From an uncultured Verrucomicrobiae bacterium (GTDB lineage: Bacteria > Verrucomicrobiota > Verrucomicrobiia > Palsa-1439): DNA of 64,000 bases. How positions within the stretch are numbered: position 1 is the stretch's first letter; each line of letters begins with the position of its first letter. Position numbers and translations under genes: made by a program. The notes below the pieces were generated by a model. The model was given only the letters and a program-made list of their open reading frames with translations. It made no database searches and was not told where the DNA came from. Positions 40,507 through 49,445 of this stretch are shown here, piece after piece. The DNA is taken from contig CAWEWF010000007.1 of NCBI GenBank assembly GCA_963812605.1, positions 58,043-122,042 on the forward strand, in the 5' to 3' direction.

Positions 40507-41625
40507 TCAATAATAGAACGTGAAACTTGCCGCGCGTGGTTCTTTCCCGACCAGCGCGCGCAATTCATCGGACAACGGATCGAAAGGCCCGGATTCTATG
40601 ATGGCCTTCTCACAAAACAACGACAAAATTTCTCCCGCCGTGTTGTCCGAAACTGTCAGGTTCTGCACCTGGCCGTCATCGAGAAGTTCAAAATGGATGG
40701 TCACCGCACCCGCGCGTTCGTACATCCCGAAACGGTCGATCAGGGCGTACCAGCGGCTTTGCACCGCCTTGATGATTTTTTGGTCGTACGCGCCAAAGGG
40801 ACTTTCCGACACGCCAAACGCAGCCACGCTGTTGCGCGAAACGCCCGCAACGGTCAGATGGGCTTTCCGTGCCACAATTTCCCGGCCCGGCACGCCGGGC
40901 TCCGTGACGATGGCGGGTGACCCAGGGACGGCGGTGGCGGGAATTTCCGGCGCCGTTGCTCCCGTTACAACCTGCGGCTGCGCGACCGGCTTTGGCGCCA
41001 TCGCAACTTTTTGCTCCTCGACCATTTTCAGACCGAGCGGCGCGATCTCCTTTGGTTGTTCCTGGGCTTTCGGCTGGGGCGCCGGTGTCGGCTTGGGTTC
41101 GGGCGGCGCTTCCGCCGCTTTCGGCGTCGATTTGGGAGGGCTTGGCGGCGTGCTCGGCGAACCGGGTTGACGGACCAGCGGTTGGGGCACTCCGGAAGGT
41201 GTCGGCACGTCGAGTGTGTTCGGCGCGCGCGTTTCACCGCCATTCAAATACGGCGTGTCACCGGTTTTGCCCGTCGGATTGTTGGGATTCGCCGCGACCG
41301 TGGATTTGTCCGAGTAATACTTCGCATCCTTTGGCTTCTCACCCGTGACCTGCGAGGCATCGGTCTCCATAAACCGTTGGGCTTCCTTGCCCTTCTTCAC
41401 TTCCGGGGTCTTCGCGCGCGGCGGCGCCAACTCCACGAAAGTAAGCGTCTGGACTTGTTGCGACGCGCGCTCCGGCGGACGCGCCACATGCACCAGCTTC
41501 GTCAGCAAGGAGAGCAATGGAAGTTTCAGAAGCGCCGCGCGATGCTGCCATCCTTCGCCCGCGAACACGTGCAAAAGCAGGGACAACAACACGGCAATCC
41601 AGAGGTTTCGATTTTCGCGATCCAT
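40507..41625 (-). CDS. TonB/TolA-like energy transducer
   Basis: N-terminal TM with SLLLH, Pro/Lys-rich linker, TonB-C-like domain; upstream of exbBD. Confidence 0.75.
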   Translation of the reverse strand: MDRENRNLWIAVLLSLLLHVFAGEGWQHRAALLKLPLLSLLTKLVHVARPPERASQQVQTLTFVELAPPRAKTPEVKKGKEAQRFMETDASQVTGEKPKDAKYYSDKSTVAANPNNPTGKTGDTPYLNGGETRAPNTLDVPTPSGVPQPLVRQPGSPSTPPSPPKSTPKAAEAPPEPKPTPAPQPKAQEQPKEIAPLGLKMVEEQKVAMAPKPVAQPQVVTGATAPEIPATAVPGSPAIVTEPGVPGREIVARKAHLTVAGVSRNSVAAFGVSESPFGAYDQKIIKAVQSRWYALIDRFGMYERAGAVTIHFELLDDGQVQNLTVSDNTAGEILSLFCEKAIIESGPFDPLSDELRALVGKEPRAASFTFYY

Positions 41626-41659
41626 TCCCCGGGGAATGATAACAGATTGTGGCAGGCCA

Positions 41660-42253
41660 TCAACTCGCACGACGCACCATCCCGATCCGTTCCAGCGTGG
41701 CTGCCAACCGCTCGGTCGGCAGGCCCATCACGTTGTGGTAACTGCCTTCGATGCGCTCGACGATGCCGGCACCGTGTTCTTGGATAGCGTACGCGCCCGC
41801 TTTGTCGAGTGGGTTGATCTTGCCGAGATACTCGGCAATTTGCCGCCGGGTCAGTGGCCGCATCCAGACGCGCGTCGTCTCGGCAAATGTCAGTTCCAAA
41901 TCGAGCGCACGGTGCAGCAGGCAAACGCCGGTGACGACTTCGTGCGGCTGCCCCGCCAACTGCCCGAGCATTTGCGTGGCCTCTTCCAGGTCACGCGGCT
42001 TGCCGAAGAGTTGGCCCTCAAGCACAACGATGGTGTCCGCCCCGAGTACCACCGAATCCGGATGCCGTCCCGCCACTGCGCGGGCCTTGCGCTGGGCGTT
42101 TTGCATTGCGACGACATCGGGCGCCGCCCCGCTGAGCAACTCTTCCACCTCGCTGGGCCGCACCACGGTGAACCGCAAGCCCATTTCCCGCAACAGGTGT
42201 TCGCGACGCGGGGATGCGCTGGCGAGGATGATTTGGAGTTTGTCGGAACTCAT
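41660..42253 (-). CDS. maf: Maf family nucleoside triphosphate pyrophosphatase
   Basis: ILASASPRR, GADTIV, GKP, DKAGAYAIQ, GSYHNVMGLP. Confidence 0.95.
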   Translation of the reverse strand: MSSDKLQIILASASPRREHLLREMGLRFTVVRPSEVEELLSGAAPDVVAMQNAQRKARAVAGRHPDSVVLGADTIVVLEGQLFGKPRDLEEATQMLGQLAGQPHEVVTGVCLLHRALDLELTFAETTRVWMRPLTRRQIAEYLGKINPLDKAGAYAIQEHGAGIVERIEGSYHNVMGLPTERLAATLERIGMVRRAS

Positions 42254-42280
42254 ATCTGGCGGTATCGTTAGACCCGGAGT

Positions 42281-43393
42281 ATGGGAATTCGATCAAGTAA
42301 AGTCGAGCACCTCTATGGGCACGTGCCGTTCTGCGCGGCCAAGTGTCACTACTGCGCGTTTTACTCGGAAGCGGGCAACGCCGCCAGGATGGAGGATTAT
42401 GTGGACGCGCTCTTACTGGAGTTGAAGCGATTCGCCCCACAACTCGCGCCGAAGACGATCTTTTTCGGCGGTGGTACGCCAAGCCTTTTGCCGTCAGCGC
42501 TCTTGCGGCGCGTGTTGGAGGCGATTCACGACCAGGTTTCGTTGCACCAGCTCGGCGAGTGGACCATCGAATGCAATCCTTCAACCGTATCGACCGAAAA
42601 GGCGAAGCTGTTCCGCGAGTATGGCGTCAATCGCATCTCCATGGGCGTGCAGGCCCTCGACGACGAATTGCTGAAGACCATCGGGCGTGTGCATTCCTTG
42701 AAGGCGGCCCTGGAATCTTACAAAAAATTGCGCGGGGCGGGCTTCGACAATATCAACCTCGACCTGATGTTTGGCTTGCCGGGCCAGACACTGGACCACT
42801 GGCGCAACACGCTGGAAACGGCGATCGAGCTTCAACCCGAACATCTCTCGACGTATTGCCTGATCCTGGAGGAAGACACAGAATTCTGGTCGCTGTTCCA
42901 GCAGGGGTTGATCAAGCCTGACGAAGAGCAGGAGTTGGCCATGTACCAGACGGCCATGGACACGCTCGCCGCCGCGGGGTATCGCCAATACGAGATCAGT
43001 AATTTCGCAAAGCCCGGCCGCGAGTGCGCCCACAACATCGCCTATTGGGAGGGCAAGAACTATCTCGGTCTCGGCCCGAGCGCGTGCAGCACCGTCGACG
43101 ACCGACGCTGGCAAAACGTGCCGGACACGGACCGTTACATCGAAGGAATCCGCAGCGAGAAACCAGCCGTCATTGCCGAGGAGACGATCACGCCCGAGGT
43201 TCGCGCAGCGGAACGAGCGGCTTTCGGCATGAGGATGAACGCCGGCGTGCCCGCCGCGTTGCTTGGAAGCCGTTGGGAAAAGGAAATTGCGGAGTTGCTC
43301 TCTGCCGAGTTGGTGCAATGGCGCAACGGCAGACTCAGGCCCACCCCGCGCGGCATCCTCTTTGCGGATGAAATCGCGGCGCAGTTTGTGTAG
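42281..43393 (+). CDS. hemW: Radical SAM heme chaperone HemW (HemN-like)
   Basis: HVPFC..KCHYCAF, GGGTPS, NRISMGVQ, YEISNFA, HNIAYW. Confidence 0.9.
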   Translation: MGIRSSKVEHLYGHVPFCAAKCHYCAFYSEAGNAARMEDYVDALLLELKRFAPQLAPKTIFFGGGTPSLLPSALLRRVLEAIHDQVSLHQLGEWTIECNPSTVSTEKAKLFREYGVNRISMGVQALDDELLKTIGRVHSLKAALESYKKLRGAGFDNINLDLMFGLPGQTLDHWRNTLETAIELQPEHLSTYCLILEEDTEFWSLFQQGLIKPDEEQELAMYQTAMDTLAAAGYRQYEISNFAKPGRECAHNIAYWEGKNYLGLGPSACSTVDDRRWQNVPDTDRYIEGIRSEKPAVIAEETITPEVRAAERAAFGMRMNAGVPAALLGSRWEKEIAELLSAELVQWRNGRLRPTPRGILFADEIAAQFV

Positions 43394-43535
43394 CCGCGAA
43401 CTTGTGGCGGCGTATCCCGACTGGAATAGGTGCGGCACTAGTGCTGCGACACAGTTCATTCGATGGGTAGAGCGCGGTGGCCCACCGCGCCGCGCCAGCG
43501 CGGAATCGCGGACGGCTCGGCGAGCCGTCCCTACC
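43389..43535. repeat. Two inverted REP doublets (REPIN/BIME-like)
   Basis: GGTAG-A-GCGCGGTGG-C-CCACCGCGC (43466-43490) facing GGACGGCTCG-G-CGAGCCGTCC-CTACC (43510-43535); a more decayed TGTAGCCGC... pair lies at 43389-43453. Confidence 0.7.
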
Positions 43536-43566
43536 AACGACCCTGCAAATGAAGCGTGTCGCACCA

Positions 43567-44055
43567 CTAGCGCTTCGTTTCTTCGAAGTCTTCCAGGGCT
43601 TTCTTGATCCGCAGGAAATGGGCGGCGATGGCGGTGGCAGCGACCCAGAGCAGGAAGTAGAGGGTCTTGAGGTCCGCATAGATGAGGAAGATCGCAAGGC
43701 CAGCGAGACCAGCGATTTCCGAAAACACGAATCCAATGAAGAACTGCTTCAAAAGCGAGCGGGCGAGGATCGGGAACTCGGCCGGGGCGGGCTGCCGCGC
43801 GGCGAGACTTTTGACGAGGGGAAGCGAGACCATCACGCCGATCATGCCCAGCAGGAAAATACCGAGCAGGAGCGGCCCTCCCCGCTCCATGCCTCTGGGA
43901 GCCTTGAAACCGCCTTGCAGCAGGGAGATCGCGGCCACAGCGAAAAGAATCTGCGCCGCGATGAGGGCGATGGCCACGGTAGTAAGATGTCTACGGAACA
44001 AAGCCGGTGTGGGCGGTCCCGGTTGCGGGCGCTGCTGTGATGCCATGATTGTCAT
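43567..44055 (-). CDS. Hypothetical 4-TM membrane protein
   Basis: GGAGAG RBS; four hydrophobic helices. Confidence 0.65.
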   Translation of the reverse strand: MTIMASQQRPQPGPPTPALFRRHLTTVAIALIAAQILFAVAAISLLQGGFKAPRGMERGGPLLLGIFLLGMIGVMVSLPLVKSLAARQPAPAEFPILARSLLKQFFIGFVFSEIAGLAGLAIFLIYADLKTLYFLLWVAATAIAAHFLRIKKALEDFEETKR

Positions 44056-44218
44056 TCTCTCCGTAGACGCAGCGTTTACTGCCGCTGCCTGAATCAACAC
44101 AAGGAGTTATATCCGCACTCGTCCGTTGTCGCAACGGTCAAAATGTCCCGAGCATTGGATCGGCGACGGAGGAGTCCATTACCTACCAGGGGATGGCAAC
44201 GATTGCAGAAGTGCGCGA

Positions 44219-44674
44219 TCAAACCTTGGTCGGGGTTTCCCCTCGGGCCTGGCGCAAACTGAGAATGTACCGCTGCATTCGTTCTTGCGTATCGGTGATA
44301 TGCCGCACCTTGAGCATGGAGCGCACGCGCAGAAGCAGGTCATTCACGTCAAAAGGCTTGGCGACGAAGTCATCGGCCCCCGCCGCGATGCTTTCCTCCA
44401 GCTTGGCCTGCATGCTCAACGAAGTGACAACGATGATTGGGATATTTTGGGTGTGCTTGTCCACACGGACGGCCTTGCAGTAGGTCACGCCATCGAGATT
44501 GGGCATGCGAAGATCCAGCAGCACCAGGTCAGGAGCCAGGGTGAGAGTTTTATGAAGGGCTTCTTTGCCATCGGAAGCCGTGTGGACAGTAAGCCCCTCG
44601 GATGCGAGCACTTCCTTGAGGAAGTCCTGCATGTTGGCATCGTCTTCAACGACGAGTACCGTTTGGTTGCTCAA
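44219..44674 (-). CDS. Response regulator receiver protein
   Basis: VLVVEDD, DLVLLDLRMP, GADDFVAKPF. Confidence 0.88.
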   Translation of the reverse strand: MSNQTVLVVEDDANMQDFLKEVLASEGLTVHTASDGKEALHKTLTLAPDLVLLDLRMPNLDGVTYCKAVRVDKHTQNIPIIVVTSLSMQAKLEESIAAGADDFVAKPFDVNDLLLRVRSMLKVRHITDTQERMQRYILSLRQARGETPTKV

Positions 44675-44842
44675 GTTAAGCCACCGAAATAATCACTGCG
44701 CGACAAGTGCGAACGTAGCAGGGGCGCGCTGTTTTGTAAAGGAATTCATTGAAACAATCCGACCTACGGGAATCAAGGTAGGCGCTACACCGGCGCGACG
44801 GCATCGACAAGCCGCGGGAGATCGGGCATATTACAAGTCGTT

Positions 44843-45781
44843 ATGACGAAGAAGTTGACCAAGATTCTCGACGAGTTGGTGGACTCGTTCCACAAATACG
44901 GCGGGATCAATCACCTGGACGGCGCGAATCTCCCGTCGCGCGAAGCGGTGGTGGAAATCGCGCGGGATTTGCTGCGGTTGATGTTCCCCGGGTTCTACGA
45001 CAAGGACCAGATCCATTCCAATCAGTTGGTTGAGTACACCAATGAATTGGTCGCGTCGGTGGCGCGCCGGCTGGAGAACGAAATTCATCGCAGCCTGGAG
45101 TATCGACCCTGCGACGATTGCGATCCGAATGATCTGGCGGGCACGGCGGCGCGTGTCACGCAGGAGTTTCTGGCGGACTTGCCGGGCGTGCGGGCGATTT
45201 TGCAGACAGACGTGACGGCCGCGTACGAGGGTGACCCCGCGGCGATCAGCAACGAGGAAATCATCCTGGCGTATCCCGGCGTCGAGGCGATGGCGGTACA
45301 ACGCCTGGCGCACCTGCTCTATCGGCGTCACATCGCGCTCATCCCGCGGATTATGACGGAATGGATCCACAACAAAACCGGCATCGACATCCATCCCGGC
45401 GCGGAAATCGGCCCGCATTTCTTCATTGACCACGGCACCGGGGTGGTTATCGGCGAGACAGCCGTGATCGGCCGGCATGTGAAGATCTACCAGGGGGTGA
45501 CGCTCGGAGCGAAGCATTTCCCGAAGGACGCGAAAGGTCGCGTCGTCAAAGGAAACAAACGCCACCCGAACATCGAGGACGACGTGACGATCTATGCGGG
45601 CGCGACAATTCTGGGCGACGTGACGATCGGCAAAGGCTCGATCATTGGCGGCAACGTCTGGTTGCTGGAATCCGTCCCGCCGAACACCGTCGTGTATTCC
45701 GAGGCCGGGCAGACGCGAATGAAAACCGCCGGGGCCGACCGCGACAAGATGATCGGCCACACCGACGGCGCAGGCATTTAA
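44843..45781 (+). CDS. cysE: Serine O-acetyltransferase (CysE/EpsC type)
   Basis: GDPAA, YPG, TGIDIHPGA, FFIDHGTGVVIGET, IYQGVTLGA, KRHP. Confidence 0.93.
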   Translation: MTKKLTKILDELVDSFHKYGGINHLDGANLPSREAVVEIARDLLRLMFPGFYDKDQIHSNQLVEYTNELVASVARRLENEIHRSLEYRPCDDCDPNDLAGTAARVTQEFLADLPGVRAILQTDVTAAYEGDPAAISNEEIILAYPGVEAMAVQRLAHLLYRRHIALIPRIMTEWIHNKTGIDIHPGAEIGPHFFIDHGTGVVIGETAVIGRHVKIYQGVTLGAKHFPKDAKGRVVKGNKRHPNIEDDVTIYAGATILGDVTIGKGSIIGGNVWLLESVPPNTVVYSEAGQTRMKTAGADRDKMIGHTDGAGI

Positions 45782-46932
45782 TGCAGCGCGTTTACGCAGA
45801 CTACAACGCCACCACGCCGTTGGATCCGCTGGTGCTGGAAGCGATGCTGCCGTACCTGCGCGAGCATTTCGGCAACGCCAGCAGTGTGCACACTATCGGG
45901 CGCGAAGCGCGGGCGGCCATCGACGACATTCGCGTGCGTCTGGCGAAATTGCTGGGCGCGCAGGAAGGGGAAATCGTTTTCACCGGGGGCGGCACGGAAG
46001 CCGATAACATGGCGGTTTTCGGCGTTGTCCGCGCGCGCCGTAAGCAGGGCCGGCACATCATCACCAGCAGCATCGAGCACCACGCCGTGCTGCACGCCTG
46101 CCAATACCTCGAGAAGACGGGCGAATGCGAGGTCACGTATTTGCCGGTCAGCCGTGAGTGCCTCGTCGATCCCGCTGATCTTCGCGGGGCGATCCGCCCG
46201 GATACCGTGTTGGTGTCGATCATGTCGGCCAATAACGAGACGGGCACGATCCAGCCCGTGAAAGAACTGGCGGCGATCTGCCAGGAACGCGGCGTGACCT
46301 TTCACACCGACGCCGTGCAGTCGTTTGGCAAGCAGGCTGTGAAGGTGAACGATTGGGGGGTGGATTTGCTCTCCCTCGCCGCGCACAAGTTTTACGGCCC
46401 GAAAGGCGTCGGCGCGTTGTACATGCGCCGTGGCACGAAGTTGGATCCGCTCCTGTTTGGCGGCAGCCACGAGAATGAACGTCGCGCGGGCACGGAAAAC
46501 GTCGCCGCGATCGTCGGGCTGGGCCGGGCTGCTGAACTGGCCACCGCCCAAATGGAGGCGGAGCAGGCCCATTTGTTCGGACTCACCGAGAAACTCGGCG
46601 AGGGCATCACCCAGCGCATTCGCGGCGCGCATCGCAATGGCGACGCCCGGCGACGCATCGGGAACACGATCAACTTCAGCTTCGAGGGTTGTGAGGAAGA
46701 AGGATTATTGCTCGGTTTGGATCTCGAGGGAGTGGCCGCTTCCAGCGGTTCGGCTTGCGCGGTCGGCTCCCTGGAACCGTCGCACGTGCTGAAGGCGATG
46801 GGCTTGCCGCATGAATTGGCCCGGGCCGCCGTGCGTTTCTCCCTCGGCAAGAGCAGCACCGTCGAGGACGTGGATTCCATCCAGAAAGCGCTCGAACGCG
46901 TGGTGGAACGTCTGCGCGCCTTCTCCGCATAA
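45781..46932 (+). CDS. iscS: Cysteine desulfurase (NifS/IscS family)
   Basis: DYNATTP, EHHAV, NNETG, HTDAVQ, AHKFYGPKG, SSGSAC; TAATG coupling to cysE. Confidence 0.92.
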   Translation: MQRVYADYNATTPLDPLVLEAMLPYLREHFGNASSVHTIGREARAAIDDIRVRLAKLLGAQEGEIVFTGGGTEADNMAVFGVVRARRKQGRHIITSSIEHHAVLHACQYLEKTGECEVTYLPVSRECLVDPADLRGAIRPDTVLVSIMSANNETGTIQPVKELAAICQERGVTFHTDAVQSFGKQAVKVNDWGVDLLSLAAHKFYGPKGVGALYMRRGTKLDPLLFGGSHENERRAGTENVAAIVGLGRAAELATAQMEAEQAHLFGLTEKLGEGITQRIRGAHRNGDARRRIGNTINFSFEGCEEEGLLLGLDLEGVAASSGSACAVGSLEPSHVLKAMGLPHELARAAVRFSLGKSSTVEDVDSIQKALERVVERLRAFSA

Positions 46933-47640
46933 TCAATTGAAGAAACGATAGCGGAAAATGAACCAGAGCGCGGCGAGGCCGTCCTTCCAGTTGATCTTCT
47001 TGCCTTCACTGTAATCGCGGCCCGCGTAATTGATCCCGGTTTCGTAAAACCGTAAACGACGACGCGCCAGCTTGGCGGTCAGCTCGGGTTCGACGCCAAA
47101 ACGGTCGGAGGTCAAGGTCACGCCCTCGATGCACTGGCGGCGGAAGACCTTGTAGCAGGTCTCCATGTCGGTGAGATTGAGGTTGCAGAGCATGTTCGAG
47201 AGCAGCGTGAGCAGGCGATTGGCCATGTAATGCCAGAATAGCAACACGCGATGGGTCCCGCCCGTGAAACGCGAGCCATAGACGACGTCCGCGCGCCCGT
47301 CGAGGATCGGTCGCAGCAGGCTCGGATAATCGGACGGATCATATTCGAGGTCGGCATCCTGGATCAGGATGATATCGCCGGTCGCGTGTTCGAGGGCGGT
47401 GCGCAACGCCGCGCCCTTGCCGCGATTGTGGGGATGCGAGAACACGCTGACGCCGGTATCGCGCTGGATTTTTTTCAGCAGATCACCCGTGCCATCGGTG
47501 GAAGCGTCGTCGACGAGGACAATCTCCTTCTCCAAGCCGCAGGAATCAGCCGCGCGCACGCGGCGGACGATCTCCTCCACGGTGCGGACTTCGTTGAAAA
47601 CCGGAATCAAGATCGAGAGCCGCTTGAAGTTTTCGGGCAT
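46933..47640 (-). CDS. Glycosyltransferase family 2
   Basis: IPVFNE, VDDASTDGT, NRGKG, QDADLEYDP, TDMETCYK. Confidence 0.93.
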   Translation of the reverse strand: MPENFKRLSILIPVFNEVRTVEEIVRRVRAADSCGLEKEIVLVDDASTDGTGDLLKKIQRDTGVSVFSHPHNRGKGAALRTALEHATGDIILIQDADLEYDPSDYPSLLRPILDGRADVVYGSRFTGGTHRVLLFWHYMANRLLTLLSNMLCNLNLTDMETCYKVFRRQCIEGVTLTSDRFGVEPELTAKLARRRLRFYETGINYAGRDYSEGKKINWKDGLAALWFIFRYRFFN

Positions 47641-47738
47641 ATGGGCCCGGAGTATAGGGATGCCCGGCGCTCACGTCAGCAGTTTTTTTCCTGTAGCGCC
47701 GCGCGGCGGCCCGTGGTATTTTCAGCGTGCGGTTTGCG

Positions 47739-47812
47739 GGCGGGTTAGCCAAGTGGTAAGGCGGGAGTCTGCAAAACTCCTATCGTGAGTTCGATTCTCA
47801 CACCCGCCTCCA
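47739..47812 (+). tRNA. tRNA-Cys (GCA)
   Basis: Acceptor GGCGGGT/ACCCGCC, anticodon arm GGAGT-CT-GCA-AA-ACTCC, T arm GTGAG-TTCGATT-CTCAC, encoded CCA. Confidence 0.97.
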
Positions 47813-47819
47813 ATTTCAT

Positions 47820-47857
47820 CCCGCGTGAGTCCAACGACTTGCGCGGGTTTTGTTTTT
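47820..47857 (+). terminator. Hairpin plus T tract after the tRNA
   Basis: CCCGCGTGAGTC-CAAC-GACTTGCGCGGG-TTTTGTTTTT. Confidence 0.6.
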
Positions 47858-47880
47858 GTGGTGCAAAACGGCGAGAGGGG

Positions 47881-47904
47881 CTGTGATACTCGCTGTGATA
47901 CTCG
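47881..47904. repeat. Perfect 12-bp tandem repeat (possible integrase arm-type sites)
   Basis: CTGTGATACTCG x2, about 70 bp downstream of the tRNA. Confidence 0.6.
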
Positions 47905-47972
47905 GGCCATTTCAGATTTCTCAACGCAAGAGTTGAACACGCGCAACCAAGTCTTGCGGATTGAACAGCAAT

Positions 47973-48167
47973 TCACCACGGGCCGCAACCGTCACCAGCG
48001 AGGGAGCACGCGATAGACGCGGGGCAGTCGCTTCGGGTCACCGATTGCGTCGGCGCGATGTTGTAGCGCGGCTGCGTGCGGACCGCCCATTCCTCGCCGG
48101 TCACCGGCGTGCCAAATCGGTCAGCCACTGTCTTCAAGTCAACAGTCAACGTGAAGCGACCACACAT
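47973..48167 (-). pseudogene. Truncated SRAP (YedK/HMCES-like) gene
   Basis: MCGRFTL...PRYNIAPTQ is the SRAP N-terminus; similarity is lost after about 45 codons. Confidence 0.8.
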
Positions 48168-48187
48168 ACAGTGAACCTTATCCGACG

Positions 48188-48418
48188 GTGAGTAAGCATC
48201 AGAAAGAAACTTGGGCCAGCGCATTCAAAGCGCTCGGACTGCGCGCGATCAGCACGGGCAAGTTCATGCAGTTCGTGTTTCTGTGCGTGGTGCTCCTCGC
48301 GCTGTGGACGACGAAGTCGGAGGACAAAGTCAGGATCACCTCCGAGCTTGTTGCCGTCATGGTCGTCTATCTCCTCTACGGCGTGGCACAAAGAGCATGT
48401 GCTGAACTCGATCGATGA
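48188..48418 (+). CDS. Small hypothetical membrane protein or remnant
   Basis: 76-aa ORF with two hydrophobic stretches; 3' end overlaps the convergent PfkB gene. Confidence 0.35.
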   Translation: MSKHQKETWASAFKALGLRAISTGKFMQFVFLCVVLLALWTTKSEDKVRITSELVAVMVVYLLYGVAQRACAELDR

Positions 48419-49397
48419 GTGTGTCGGTCGTCAATTCGTACATGGGTCCACGAGCTCCAGGATATTCACAGTTAATACTGGCGAGTGCTTGACCAAAACG
48501 AATGCCACGAACAATTTTGGCTTCATTCGAGTGCATGAAATGCTGCCGCCCACCGGCACAAAGCTCATGAATAATTCCGGCGCTACACCAATCGCCACAG
48601 CCAGTGGCATCCCTGTATTTGGTCACTTGGAACGAAGATAGACTTCGCCACGGCCCCGGCAGATTGCTTGCCCTCTTTAGTCGGTATCGGAGGCCGTCGC
48701 TTCCCAGCGTTTGAATTTCGAGCCGCGGGGAGGGAGCGGCGGGATTACGCGGAGGGTTGGGAATGCGTTCTGCGGAATACTTCACAATGTCGGAAACTGC
48801 AAGGCATGCCGTGAAGAGCGCATTGTCCTTGCAGGACGAAGGTTCAAAAAAAACGACCGCCTGCTTCTCGCGCATGGCGGTAGCGAGGATCAACGAACTG
48901 GGTTCGGCGCGATCAAAATAAAAGACTTTGGCCGATGGAAGCAGGGGAGTGATTCGTTCGGCATAGTATTTCGGCATCGGTCGGTAGCGGGGAAGCCATT
49001 GGCCCGATTGGGGATACTTCCATTCAAATCGCGATCTATGATTCCCTTTGTCGTCTTGGGCAAGACGAAGGACGATGATTGGGGTGACTCCAGCGGTCTC
49101 CTTGGCAACGAACGTAGTGTTGACGCGAAATGACCTCAAATCATCAATTAGCAATTGGGCTCTTCGATCAGTGCCAAGACGCGCAACAGCGTAAGAATTC
49201 CAATCGAGATAAGCGAGTATCGCCATGACGTTGCCGCACGAGCCACCGGCGTACTTTTGATTAGCCTTGACGCGGTCCTTCCCAATGAGGAGCCAGTCCA
49301 AGGCGAAGAATCCAGCTCCTACTGAAACACGAGCCGCGTCGGTCGAGCTTGATTTGGTGCGGCGATGGATCGTTTTGCGCATAGGCCCAATTGCCAT
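48357..49397 (-). CDS. PfkB/ribokinase family kinase (gene 5 of cassette)
   Basis: GAG..ALD, AGGSCGNV..LAYL, IQTLGSDG, DATGCGD anion-hole motif. Confidence 0.85.
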   Translation of the reverse strand: MAIGPMRKTIHRRTKSSSTDAARVSVGAGFFALDWLLIGKDRVKANQKYAGGSCGNVMAILAYLDWNSYAVARLGTDRRAQLLIDDLRSFRVNTTFVAKETAGVTPIIVLRLAQDDKGNHRSRFEWKYPQSGQWLPRYRPMPKYYAERITPLLPSAKVFYFDRAEPSSLILATAMREKQAVVFFEPSSCKDNALFTACLAVSDIVKYSAERIPNPPRNPAAPSPRLEIQTLGSDGLRYRLKRASNLPGPWRSLSSFQVTKYRDATGCGDWCSAGIIHELCAGGRQHFMHSNEAKIVRGIRFGQALASINCEYPGARGPMYELTTDTLIDRVQHMLFVPRRRGDRRP

Positions 49398-49445
49398 TTT
49401 AGCATTCTCTCTGCCAATACGACAGGTAGTCGAGTTTAATTTTAA

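Noticed and set aside
44843-47812. cysE - cysteine desulfurase - tRNA-Cys proximity as a novel cysteine system
   Set aside because: cysE-desulfurase pairing is common, and the tRNA is separated by a GT2 gene; probably coincidental.
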